DNA from: Promethearchaeum syntrophicum
GTDB lineage: Archaea > Asgardarchaeota > Lokiarchaeia > Sigyniarchaeales > Promethearchaeaceae
Direction of reading: 5' to 3'
DNA length: 32,000 nt
Assembly: GCF_008000775.2 (NCBI RefSeq)
Contig: NZ_CP042905.2
Span: 2,550,001-2,582,000 of the forward strand
Under the pieces are notes generated by a model that worked only from the letters and a program-made list of their open reading frames with translations, did not search any database and was not told the DNA's origin. This document shows, piece by piece, positions 8,002 through 17,217 of this stretch. Positions within the stretch are counted from its first letter, which is position 1. The number at the start of each line of letters is the position of its first letter. A program made the position numbers and the translations under genes.

Positions 8002-9402
8002 ATGTCACAAATTAAAAATGAAACAATAGTATTTTATTTAGATCTTGCAGCGAAAAAGGCAATTTTGTCGAAAAAGGATTTAGAGAAATCTATTTCAAGT
8101 TTCTTGACAGAAAAAAAAAATAAGAACCCAAAAACCGTGTTTAGCATTTTCTATTATAAAGATGACGACACACCTTTTCTAAGTGAAGAAATGCAAGATA
8201 TTAAGGAACTTACAACAATTATTCAAAATGATTGGAAAAATCGGCACGTTGCAGAAAGTAATTTTGAGAATGGATTATTTTATTGTCTTTCATTTCTTGC
8301 AGGAAAAGCAGTGGAAGCTGAAGGAACTTATCGGGTTATTTGTATTTCTGATTTACCAAGTAAAAAAAGTGCAGAATATGCAGAGGCGCTTATGGAATTA
8401 GTGGAAGTAGTCAAAACTTTCCCAACATTTATTGATATAATTCGCGTCGGGAAAGAAGATATGTACCCTGATGATGTTAAACTTCGAATTGTGAGTACAT
8501 TAACTTCAGGTGGTTTATTTTATGTTTCAGGACCAAAGGATTTTAAAGTAACTTTTATGGGATTGGCAAAAAATAAAATACTACCAGATTTACGCGAAGA
8601 AGGGGGTCAAGAAATTGACGAAGATAAAAAAATGTATTATGAAAATCTAGCTAAAGAGTTAGTTGAATTAACAGAGACCGATTTAAAATATTGCATGCTT
8701 TGCTCTAAAGAGGTTTGTGATTTTTGTAATGATCCGCTAGATGTTCTCAAAAAATGCCCAAAATGCAATAAGTCTTTTCATGAATGTTGCGGAGCCTTAT
8801 TTTCTTGGAAATTCAATATTGGATTGAAACACATTTTTAGATGTCCAGAATGTGGCACTATCCTAAAGATGGATGAGACTCTCGTTCACGAAATCAATGG
8901 AGAACCACTAGAAGAAAAAATCTTAACCCAAGAAGAATTAGAAGACTCGGTAAAAGAGGAAACATGGAGTCCAGAAGATTTAGAAGAAAAAGAACCGAAG
9001 ATAGAAAAAGATGACCTTAAAATAGAATACGAGCGTGTTACAGGTAATGAAGCATTTTCAAAAGGGAAAGAAACTAATGAATTTAAAGCATGGAAAAAAG
9101 ATCGAGAGGAATTGACAAAAGAAATGGACGAAATTGAAGAAAAACAAGCAAAGAAAATGGCATATAGACCAATGGGATATTTTGGAGCTAAACCGACAGC
9201 AATAAAAACTAAAAAACCAGTGGAAGCTGAAGAACCAAAGAAAATCGAAGAAAAAAAGAAACCAGCAGGCTCGGCTCTCGCAAGGAGAAGGGCACAAAAA
9301 CGTAATAACGGGGCTGCGAGAAATATTTTGTGTTCAGTATGTGGTAACCGAATTAGGCCGAAAGAGAAATTTTGTCCTAAATGTGGAAGCCCAACCGGCT
9401 AA
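8002..9402 (+). CDS. multidomain protein: N-terminal vWA-like alpha/beta domain, central PHD-type C4HC3 zinc finger, Lys/Glu-rich linker, C-terminal zinc ribbon
   Basis: I prefer ATG 8002, preceded by GAGGGG (7990..7995), over the TTG at 7918. The N-terminus has alternating strand/helix segments (IVFYLDL..., VFSIFYY..., YRVICISDLPS..., FIDIIRVG..., GGLFYV) as in vWA folds, but the MIDAS motif is not conserved. The centre reads CMLC-x17-CPKC-x4-H-x2-C-x17-CPEC. The C-terminus reads CSVCGNRIRPKEKFCPKCG. Confidence 0.7.
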   Translation: MSQIKNETIVFYLDLAAKKAILSKKDLEKSISSFLTEKKNKNPKTVFSIFYYKDDDTPFLSEEMQDIKELTTIIQNDWKNRHVAESNFENGLFYCLSFLAGKAVEAEGTYRVICISDLPSKKSAEYAEALMELVEVVKTFPTFIDIIRVGKEDMYPDDVKLRIVSTLTSGGLFYVSGPKDFKVTFMGLAKNKILPDLREEGGQEIDEDKKMYYENLAKELVELTETDLKYCMLCSKEVCDFCNDPLDVLKKCPKCNKSFHECCGALFSWKFNIGLKHIFRCPECGTILKMDETLVHEINGEPLEEKILTQEELEDSVKEETWSPEDLEEKEPKIEKDDLKIEYERVTGNEAFSKGKETNEFKAWKKDREELTKEMDEIEEKQAKKMAYRPMGYFGAKPTAIKTKKPVEAEEPKKIEEKKKPAGSALARRRAQKRNNGAARNILCSVCGNRIRPKEKFCPKCGSPTG

Positions 9403-9589
9403 AAATTTGGATTATTGAAAAATAATCACTTTTTTGTAATCTACTTTTATTTATTGAAATTTGCCTTAATTTTCATAAAATTATTCATGGTTTACATTAA
9501 AAAACTAACTGAAAAGATATTTAAGATCGAAGTAACGTTATACAATTGAATGATTTTATTAGAGAATAATTTAATACACTATAATCATT

Positions 9590-9883
9590 TTGCTAGTTTT
9601 TATTTTATTTGAGGTGAAGAACATAACAGACAAATTTATCAAAGGTAGAAAGAAGAGAAAAGCTGAATTAAATAAGAATCGGAAGAAAGATATTCAAGAA
9701 TTAGCAGATATCAAAGTGGAATCACGTTCTAATAAACATGATACCGCACCAAATAGGTATAAGAAATATTTAGAAAATAAGAAGAAAATGAAGAGGGCTA
9801 GAGAGTTAGAAAAGAAACAAAAGCCTTATATTTGGAATAAGAAGAAAATGATGAAACGATCGTTAGCGGAAGCTGAAAAATAA
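9590..9883 (+). CDS. possible small, highly basic Lys/Arg-rich protein
   Basis: The ORF has only non-ATG starts (TTG 9590; GTG 9614 lies inside GAGGTGA). The product is strongly Lys-rich (KGRKKRKAELNKNRKK...KKKMKRARELEKKQK). It could be real or an artefact of an A-rich spacer. Confidence 0.3.
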   Translation: MLVFILFEVKNITDKFIKGRKKRKAELNKNRKKDIQELADIKVESRSNKHDTAPNRYKKYLENKKKMKRARELEKKQKPYIWNKKKMMKRSLAEAEK

Positions 9884-9920
9884 CCGATTTTTAATAAAAA
9901 TAAAAAAATTTTTTTTTCTT

Positions 9921-10793
9921 TTAGTTCTGTTCAACTACTATGGAATCAGATTTCCTTTGCTTAAATGCACTATATACAAAGATCGCCGAAGTCATCCATA
10001 AAATATGACCTAAATATAAGAATTCTAATGAAAATTCTTTTAAACTCGGAAAAGCACCTACGAGATATCCCAATAGAGCCCAATAGTAAATTCCTGAAGT
10101 AAATATAATAATGCTCCATCCTAAAAATTTAGCGCGACGTTTAAATTCAATTTCCATTTGAGTCTTTCGGAGTTCAAATAATTGCTTTACCATTAGGATT
10201 GTTGAAAAGCCATATAAGATAATTATTAAAATCATCGCTATACCCCAATCAGACGAAACATGAACTGTGGTTGAGTCAAGTATTTCTATTTTTATTTGGT
10301 CAAGTATTATGAAGACTATAAGCAAAGATATCGCTAGAAGAAGTGAGAAATGTCCCCAAGTTATCTTGAAACCTTTAATAGGTAGAATTTTTTTCTTTGA
10401 ACCAAAAATTTTTCGATTTAAGCTAATACCCGTATTGATTCTTACCGCAGCCATACAATAAAACCAAGCTGTTAAAATGGCTCCAATAATCCCAATATCT
10501 CTGAGAATATTTGCAAAGAATAATGACGGATATTCACTAGTGTAACCTTTTATCGGATCGCCTAGAGTTAATGGTCCTTCTAATGATAAAGGTGCAATTG
10601 CAAAAATAATAGTATCAAGAACCATATACAAAATCCAACCTGCAATACCCATTAAGAAATAAATATGTAAAGAAGGGCGTTTCATTAGTGGAATTCCTTT
10701 ATATTTCTTATTAAGTGAAAATAGAACAATTATATAAAGAAAAACTTCAATAATCTTAGCAGGGAGTAAATAAAGCTGATCTATTTCAATCAT
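9921..10793 (-). CDS. integral membrane protein, about seven predicted TM helices
   Basis: ATG start. I count about seven hydrophobic stretches of ~20 aa by eye. No soluble domain and no recognised family. Confidence 0.6.
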   Translation of the reverse strand: MIEIDQLYLLPAKIIEVFLYIIVLFSLNKKYKGIPLMKRPSLHIYFLMGIAGWILYMVLDTIIFAIAPLSLEGPLTLGDPIKGYTSEYPSLFFANILRDIGIIGAILTAWFYCMAAVRINTGISLNRKIFGSKKKILPIKGFKITWGHFSLLLAISLLIVFIILDQIKIEILDSTTVHVSSDWGIAMILIIILYGFSTILMVKQLFELRKTQMEIEFKRRAKFLGWSIIIFTSGIYYWALLGYLVGAFPSLKEFSLEFLYLGHILWMTSAIFVYSAFKQRKSDSIVVEQN

Positions 10794-10887
10794 AAATTAA
10801 TCATGTGAATTATTACCTTTATGCCTTTTTTGTTAATCTGAAAATTTAATGTCCCTTTAATTCGATGAAAGGTTTTTAAATATACGA

Positions 10888-11820
10888 ATGGATAGGTCAG
10901 ATTTCAAATATTATGGATTACTTGTAATTGCTATGTTTTTCTGGGGATTAAGTTGGCCCCTCTCTCAAATTATGGTCGGACAAGCGACCCCATTCCAAGT
11001 CGGGTTCTTCCGGTTTCTAATCGCGAGTATTGTTTATTTAGTTTTATTATTCAGTACAAATTTTAAAAAAATTCGCACCTATACATGGAAATCGATCCGA
11101 GATTTTACGATATTGGGAATCTTGGGTATATTTGGATACGGTACTTTATTTTTAACAGCAATGACGTTCACCACATCATCTCAAGGTGCTGTGATTGCGG
11201 GAATTCAACCCGCATTATTAGCAATCTCATCCTATTTTATTTTTGGAGAAAAATTGCATCCAAAATGGAGATATTTTGGGATTATTTTAAGTTTTATCGG
11301 AGTAATTATAATAATCGGAGTGCAACCGTTTATAGATTTTAATGTGGATCACTTGATAGGCAATGTTATTGTTTTTATTGCATTTTTATTCTGGTGTGGA
11401 TATACTCTTTATGGAAAAAAAGTCATGAAGAAACATTCTTCTTTAGAAACAACAACATGGAGTTCCTTTACAGGCATGTTAATGTTTGGTATGGCTGCAA
11501 TAATCGAAAACAAATGGATCTTAATAGCCGAAGTATCATGGGATTTTTGGTTAAATATCACCTTATTAGGTCTTTTTACTACGGTGGTTAGCTTCTTCCT
11601 ATATTTTTACGTTATTGGTAAAATTGGGGCGGTTCGGTCTGGAGTTTTTATTAATCTTGTTCCTGTTTTCGGCACTTTGCTTTCGATAGTAATATTGCAT
11701 CAAGAAAATGCAAGTACACTATGGATCGGATTAATTATCATTTCAATGGGAATTTTACTGCTAAATTATCCAAAAGATTTTTCAGTAAAACAAGAAGAAA
11801 ACGGATTAACTAATAAATAA
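10888..11820 (+). CDS. EamA/DMT-superfamily transporter
   Basis: 310 aa with ~10 TM helices arranged as two similar halves. The N-terminus is typical (FFWGLSWPLSQ) and each half is Gly-rich, as in drug/metabolite transporter proteins. Confidence 0.75.
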   Translation: MDRSDFKYYGLLVIAMFFWGLSWPLSQIMVGQATPFQVGFFRFLIASIVYLVLLFSTNFKKIRTYTWKSIRDFTILGILGIFGYGTLFLTAMTFTTSSQGAVIAGIQPALLAISSYFIFGEKLHPKWRYFGIILSFIGVIIIIGVQPFIDFNVDHLIGNVIVFIAFLFWCGYTLYGKKVMKKHSSLETTTWSSFTGMLMFGMAAIIENKWILIAEVSWDFWLNITLLGLFTTVVSFFLYFYVIGKIGAVRSGVFINLVPVFGTLLSIVILHQENASTLWIGLIIISMGILLLNYPKDFSVKQEENGLTNK

Positions 11821-11905
11821 AATTATTTCCTAATTCGATCTTATTTAGAGATATCATTTTTAAATCAATTAGAAAATTAAAAAAAATTTAGTTTTTGATT
11901 AGTAA

Positions 11906-13183
11906 TTACTGCTTAGGTGGTTTTATCACAAAAGTTAAACCTGCAGCAATCAAAGACATAATTCCCATAATAATGAAGAGAACTAAATAACTTCCAAGTG
12001 CATTTACAATAATTTGCACCATCGTTGCACCTAAAAATCCTGCTATTCCATAAGCGGTAAAAACCATTCCATAATTTGGACCTAAATTCTTTGCACCAAA
12101 TAGATCAGTAGTTGCTGTAGGGAATAAACTAAAATTACCACCAAAGCAGAATATAAGGGCACAAGATATAACCCAAAAGAAGAAAGGACTTCCATTAGTT
12201 AAGAAATAAAATAACATTAAAATTCCTTGAGATCCGAACATAATTAACATAGATTTCTTATAATCTAATATATCTGCTAATTTACCCCAGAAAATTCTTC
12301 CTAATCCATTAAATAGTGCCATTATTGAACCTAATAAAACAAAATTAACGGTTCCAATTAGATAGATAAATTCTTCTTCAGCATCAACTGTTTTCGCGAA
12401 ACTTGCATAACTTCCAAGTATCATTAATCCAGAAATTGCAGAGAGGACAAACATACCCCAAAGAATCCAGAAGGCAGGAGTTTTAATTGTTTTATTTCTT
12501 GGTAATTCAATATTAGATGAAATACCTGTTTTTGGTGGTGTTGGAGTCCAACCTTTTGGAACCCATCCCTCAGGAGGATTTTTAAGAGTCAAAGCACCTA
12601 ATACAACCATAATTATGTAAATTATTCCAAGTACAATAAACATAGTAGGAATGCGGGCTGAAGTTTCCGCAACAAAATTTGGATCATTAGTTTCTAGACC
12701 GTTTGGATTAGCTAATGCTTTAATTATAAAATTGAAAACAAATGCTCCTGCTCCAAAACCAGCTACTGCAATACCGTTTATAAGTCCTTTCATATCAAGG
12801 AACCATTTTGCTGCAGTAGCAATTGGGCACACATAAGCGAATCCAATTCCCGCACCAAACAAAATTCCATATGAAAATATCATTCCTAAGAGTGAAGTCA
12901 TTGCAGCAGATAATAATACTCCACCTCCAAGTAAAATCGCACCTAAAATCGCTGTTTTCATAGGACCGATCTTTTGTTGTAATTGACCTGCAAAAATCAT
13001 CGTAATTGCAAAAGATAGTAATCCAACACCGAAAATATAGACAGAAGATGTTTTTAAAACATCTAAATATGGAGTAACGAAAATTGTGGTTGCTCCCCAA
13101 CAATAGATTGTGCCTAATGCTAATTGAATTAAAATAGCACCGATTACAACAATCCATCTGTTCATAACTTTTTCTTCAGACAT
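11906..13183 (-). CDS. MFS transporter (oxalate/formate-antiporter-like subfamily)
   Basis: 425 aa with 12 hydrophobic helices. The N-terminal NRWIVVIGAILIQLALGTIYCWG is characteristic of OFA-type MFS proteins, and there is a central loop between the two halves. Confidence 0.75.
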   Translation of the reverse strand: MSEEKVMNRWIVVIGAILIQLALGTIYCWGATTIFVTPYLDVLKTSSVYIFGVGLLSFAITMIFAGQLQQKIGPMKTAILGAILLGGGVLLSAAMTSLLGMIFSYGILFGAGIGFAYVCPIATAAKWFLDMKGLINGIAVAGFGAGAFVFNFIIKALANPNGLETNDPNFVAETSARIPTMFIVLGIIYIIMVVLGALTLKNPPEGWVPKGWTPTPPKTGISSNIELPRNKTIKTPAFWILWGMFVLSAISGLMILGSYASFAKTVDAEEEFIYLIGTVNFVLLGSIMALFNGLGRIFWGKLADILDYKKSMLIMFGSQGILMLFYFLTNGSPFFFWVISCALIFCFGGNFSLFPTATTDLFGAKNLGPNYGMVFTAYGIAGFLGATMVQIIVNALGSYLVLFIIMGIMSLIAAGLTFVIKPPKQ

Positions 13184-13401
13184 ATTAAACCCTTTTTTTT
13201 TAAATAGATTATTTGTAAATTATTTAAGTGCTTCTTATTTGAAATTTCGATAAAAATCACCTAATAGTTATTTAGTTATGATCCTTTTTATAAAACTTTT
13301 TTTTTCTAGTTTTTCCTCTGAGATCTCAAAATTAAAAAAAAATATACTCATTACAAATTATTGTAAAAATGAATTAAACCTCGCATTTATTTAAACCAAA
13401 T

Positions 13402-15285
13402 TCAGATAGTAAATGCGCGCTCTAATAAACCACTAAACCGTTCAGAAATAGAATAAATATCATTACCATCTTCATATTTTTTAGTGATCATATCAGAACC
13501 GAACGTTTCAATCAGATTATATAATATCATTCCGAGAGCCACTGATCCCATATATCGATTTCGTTTTATTTCTCTAAGTAATTGGCAATCTGGATGCGTA
13601 TTCCTATCCATTAATAGCCTAATTACTTCAAGTTTCACAGGTTCCGCTTGCTGAATATAATGTAAATTCTCGAGTATTGTGATTTCCCGTTGCTCTGGAT
13701 CTTCTTGAATTTCATCAAAATTATCCATTGAAGGGTTAATTTGGGTATCATACAAAGAATCTTGGAGTGAATTATTCCGAGAATTATTTGAGAAAATTTC
13801 TTGTTGTTCATTTTGGAATTTTGCATTTTCTACACTAAAGGGTGATTCACAACTATCTCCAAAATTATTCTGATTATTTTGTGAATATCCGTGCAATCCT
13901 AAATTATTTGATGAAGAATTATATAGCCGTTCCTTTAAGCTCAAACTTTTTCTTTGAAAATTATCCCAAGTAACTTGATTTTGAAAATTTTGTTTTTGCG
14001 GTTGAGCAGATCTAAAAGAATCATTAAAGGTTGGAGTGAATTGTTTTTGTTCATTTTTTTCAAGATATCCCTTTCTTATATTGGAATTTTGATTATAATT
14101 CCCAAATGGATTGATTTGATTAGATGGATTTGAATTTCTGTGTTCATTATAGTGTCCGAATTCTTTTTGAGGAGAAATATCATACTGATTTTCTTTGGAA
14201 GAATAATATTTAGGGTCGGGATTAACGTAATCCTGATTTTGAGCACTGGTAAATAGTGAGGCTGTTTGGTTCCTTGTATTAACCTTTTTGAGCTTGTTTA
14301 ACTGATTTACTTGATCGATTCGGTTCTTTTGAAAATTATTTGGAATTTGAAATCTGTTTTGATTAGCCTTTTGATTGTTTTGGTAAGAGTTTTGTTGTTT
14401 ATGATAATTATTATTCCATCCTTGTTTTTGAACATTATTTGCTCCATTTTCATTATTGGAAAAAAATCTTTTATTTCCTTTAATAGATTCACTCAATGCA
14501 TCTGTGAGAGTTGAGTCATACGGGTTTTTATGATTCATTTGGTATGGATTGATTCCTTCATCAGAACCAAAACTCAAGAATGGTGGAGCTTCCCGCCCTT
14601 GCGGAGGGAGTTTTGGTGGTGGAGGTATAGGATATTTACCTGTATAATTAGGTATTTTTTGATTTGAAATATTTGTGGTTGAATCCACTTCATTTTGGGA
14701 CATATTTTTTCTCAAATTATTGAGAAAACTACTTCCATGTCGATGGGAATTTTCAAATTTATTAGTGTGATATGCTGATTGAGTATTGAATGACTGAGAA
14801 TTTTGAGGATTATTATTTGAAATTCTTTGATTTGGATAGAAATTGTTTGAATTTTGGTTAGGCTCTCCTTGTAAATGTAATAAATGTGGAGGATTTTCAT
14901 TAAATCCATTAGAAAATTGATTTTGAAATTTTGGTTCTTTTTGTCGAGTTTGAATTTTTCTTAACATACTAGTTAAAGCACGGTTGGATTGAATTTTTGG
15001 ATTAAAATTTAACCCTTTCTTTAACATACTTTGGTTAGGATTTGTTGGTTCTTGATTAGAATTGATATGATTGTTCATATTGAATATTGGTTTACTTTGT
15101 GTTCTTATTGATCCTTGATGGTTTACACTATTTCCGTATTTTACCCTTTCTGAATGATTTTTATCGGAAACTAATGATGGATTTTCATGCCTTTCCAGTT
15201 TCCCGTCGGAATTATCAGAAGCAAATAAACGGGCCATCCCCGGTTGTAATTCATCATTTATTCCCTTTGACCATGGTTGTGTCAT
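13402..15285 (-). CDS. Asn/Gln/Ser/Pro-rich low-complexity protein with polyproline tract and a compact C-terminal domain (627 aa)
   Basis: A 1.9-kb frame opens at ATG. About the first 530 aa are dominated by N, Q, S and P (e.g. NQNSNNFYPNQRISNNNPQNSQSFNTQ). PIPPPPKLPPQGREAPPF is encoded at ~14578..14634. The last ~95 aa have ordinary composition (ITILENLHYIQQAEPVKLEVIRLLMDRNTHPDCQLLREIKRNRYMGSVALGMILYNLIETF...). Confidence 0.65.
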   Translation of the reverse strand: MTQPWSKGINDELQPGMARLFASDNSDGKLERHENPSLVSDKNHSERVKYGNSVNHQGSIRTQSKPIFNMNNHINSNQEPTNPNQSMLKKGLNFNPKIQSNRALTSMLRKIQTRQKEPKFQNQFSNGFNENPPHLLHLQGEPNQNSNNFYPNQRISNNNPQNSQSFNTQSAYHTNKFENSHRHGSSFLNNLRKNMSQNEVDSTTNISNQKIPNYTGKYPIPPPPKLPPQGREAPPFLSFGSDEGINPYQMNHKNPYDSTLTDALSESIKGNKRFFSNNENGANNVQKQGWNNNYHKQQNSYQNNQKANQNRFQIPNNFQKNRIDQVNQLNKLKKVNTRNQTASLFTSAQNQDYVNPDPKYYSSKENQYDISPQKEFGHYNEHRNSNPSNQINPFGNYNQNSNIRKGYLEKNEQKQFTPTFNDSFRSAQPQKQNFQNQVTWDNFQRKSLSLKERLYNSSSNNLGLHGYSQNNQNNFGDSCESPFSVENAKFQNEQQEIFSNNSRNNSLQDSLYDTQINPSMDNFDEIQEDPEQREITILENLHYIQQAEPVKLEVIRLLMDRNTHPDCQLLREIKRNRYMGSVALGMILYNLIETFGSDMITKKYEDGNDIYSISERFSGLLERAFTI

Positions 15286-15525
15286 CGATTATCAACGTAT
15301 CCGATTCTTTAGGCACAAATTTCCCTAATCAAATTACATATTATTCTAGGAATATCTACGTAACATCCATCAAGAAAAAAATGAGAAATAATTTCCTCTA
15401 TATTTTTCATCGAGAATAAAAATAGAGCAAAAAATTTTAAATAATGAAAGCCCCATTTAAATTATATTATACAGAAAAACTTTACAAATATATATAAAAA
15501 TGTATAAAAATAAAAGGTGTAAATA

Positions 15526-15792
15526 TTGGCAAAAAAAGAATTGTTTATAAAACGCTGTTATGAGATTGTACAAGAGCTTAAAATTCCTTTAGTTGACGAA
15601 CGGGTCTATTCTAAGGCGGATATTGTTGATGCAAGATACGGAACTACTGTGATTTTTACTTTTGAAGAGGATGAATCTGTCATCAGAGGTTTTCTTGGTT
15701 TAGCTGAATATTATCATACAATCGTTTTGAAAAAACGTGAGTCGTTTTTCATCTCTAATGGGTCATTGCTTTTCAAATTGGTTTCAAAATAG
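15526..15792 (+). CDS. small hypothetical protein (88 aa)
   Basis: TTG start 7 nt downstream of AGGTG (15515..15519). Ordinary amino-acid composition. No motif recognised. Confidence 0.4.
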   Translation: MAKKELFIKRCYEIVQELKIPLVDERVYSKADIVDARYGTTVIFTFEEDESVIRGFLGLAEYYHTIVLKKRESFFISNGSLLFKLVSK

Positions 15793-16023
15793 ATTCATTA
15801 ATTCGGATTTTATATATTATTTTTTTATATTCTCTATTTATTAGGTTTTGGTAGATTTATCTTTTAATAGCATTCCAATGACTTCTAGTGAAGTAAATTT
15901 TTAAATTGTTTATTTAGTTTATAAATAAACAAGACAATTTTTCAATTTAAAGGTAGTTTTGAAAAGTTTTTATCTGTTTATGCAAATATAATTATGTAGT
16001 AATTTTTAGTTGTAGGTGATTAA

Positions 16024-16650
16024 ATGGGAACTTGGTATAATTATAATTGTGGTTCATGTGGAAAGCATTGCCACAAAAAATCAGTTTTAAGATGTAATTT
16101 TTGCAATATACCGATATGCTGGAGTTGCAAAAAGGAAGGACTTTGTCCTGATCATTACCAAAAATTGACTCCACAAGAACGGATGAGCTTAAATTCAACT
16201 CATCTAACCTTTACTTGGATGTTTCGCATTACGGTTTGGACAGGGCTCATAGGAATAATTTTAGCATTTGCAATGTGGTCAGATACAGATTCTACAAGAG
16301 GTTTTCCAATTAAAGGGATTGTATCTGGACTAATAGGTCTCGTATCTTGTTTTTTTTGCTTCAAATCTCCAGGATGGGAAGAAACAAAATTAGATAAGAT
16401 TAGAGCAACCATTAATCAAAGATTAGGAGTTTCTTCTGGGAAAATAAGTGCAGAAACCTTATTAAAAGCTGTTCAAAATTTTTCTGTAGGGTTAAATGTA
16501 GGAACTAAGCCTGTTCAAGATACGAGCATGCCTCCAACTAATTTTAATGATTCTCAGACTTCACAGGTAGATTTTATTATTTGTCCTAATTGCGCAGCTA
16601 AAATGCCAGAAGGCACCACATTTTGTGGAGTTTGTGGAAAGCGCATGTAA
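16024..16650 (+). CDS. membrane protein with N-terminal multi-Cys zinc module and C-terminal zinc ribbon
   Basis: AGGTGA lies 4 nt upstream of the ATG. The N-terminus reads CGSCGKHCH-x6-CNFC-x4-CWSC-x5-CPDH, giving about 10 Cys/His ligands. Two TM helices follow (FTWMFRITVWTGLIGIILAFAMW and GIVSGLIGLVSCFFCF). The C-terminus reads CPNCAAKMPEGTTFCGVCG. Confidence 0.65.
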   Translation: MGTWYNYNCGSCGKHCHKKSVLRCNFCNIPICWSCKKEGLCPDHYQKLTPQERMSLNSTHLTFTWMFRITVWTGLIGIILAFAMWSDTDSTRGFPIKGIVSGLIGLVSCFFCFKSPGWEETKLDKIRATINQRLGVSSGKISAETLLKAVQNFSVGLNVGTKPVQDTSMPPTNFNDSQTSQVDFIICPNCAAKMPEGTTFCGVCGKRM

Positions 16651-16812
16651 AATACTTCAGATATAAATTTTTTTCTTATTGTTTTAATTTAAAAATTGAC
16701 CTATAGGTATAATTTCTTTTTCTTCTAAATTCACATAATTTTAAATTAGGTCATACTGGTCTTGAGAAGATAAATATAAAATTATAGAAAAAAAATAAAA
16801 AAATCTTTAAGT

Positions 16813-17217
16813 TTAGGTGAGAAGCGCCAATAACAAAGGCCAAAATCCTAAAAACACAAAGGATAATATAACAACAATAATCACAATCATTACAACAAAA
16901 ATAAATAACGCAGCTAATGCTCCTAATAATGTTGTATCATGCCTTGCTTTAATTATGAAAAATGTGAGCAGAAGAGAAACTACATTTGCAATCCACACAT
17001 CTGCAAAAAGTCCAACTATAAAGGATAAAACTGTAGTTAGAACGATGATAAATAAGCCCGTGACAAAAACATGTCCTAATTTCGAATCTTCTCCTTTAAC
17101 CGCTTTTATTCCAATTTGTAATGCAACCGTTAGTAAAACGATTATAATTACAAAAATCAAAATCATAATTCCTATATTGCCAAAAAGGGTGATAAAATCC
17201 GCAAGATCTAGTATCAT
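16813..17217 (-). CDS. small integral membrane protein (134 aa, ~4 TM)
   Basis: The ATG-initiated minus-strand reading gives four clean hydrophobic helices. The overlapping plus-strand ORF (16817..17227) gives low-complexity T/I/N/K text and is taken as its shadow. Confidence 0.5.
   Translation of the reverse strand: MILDLADFITLFGNIGIMILIFVIIIVLLTVALQIGIKAVKGEDSKLGHVFVTGLFIIVLTTVLSFIVGLFADVWIANVVSLLLTFFIIKARHDTTLLGALAALFIFVVMIVIIVVILSFVFLGFWPLLLALLT

Noticed and set aside
13635-15419. Short ORFs inside or antisense to the N/Q-rich gene (13635..13826, 14307..14492, 14311..14514, 14712..14909, 15087..15419)
   Set aside because: All are nested in or opposite the 1.9-kb open frame, are 61-110 aa, and show AT-driven I/K/L/F-rich composition. 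They are likely by-products of the low-complexity sequence.
15908-15930. Perfect 9-bp inverted repeat GTTTATTTA-gttta-TAAATAAAC upstream of the zinc-module membrane protein gene
   Set aside because: The repeat is almost entirely A/T and would be a very weak helix. Such dyads are frequent by chance in this composition, so I noted it but did not call it a feature.
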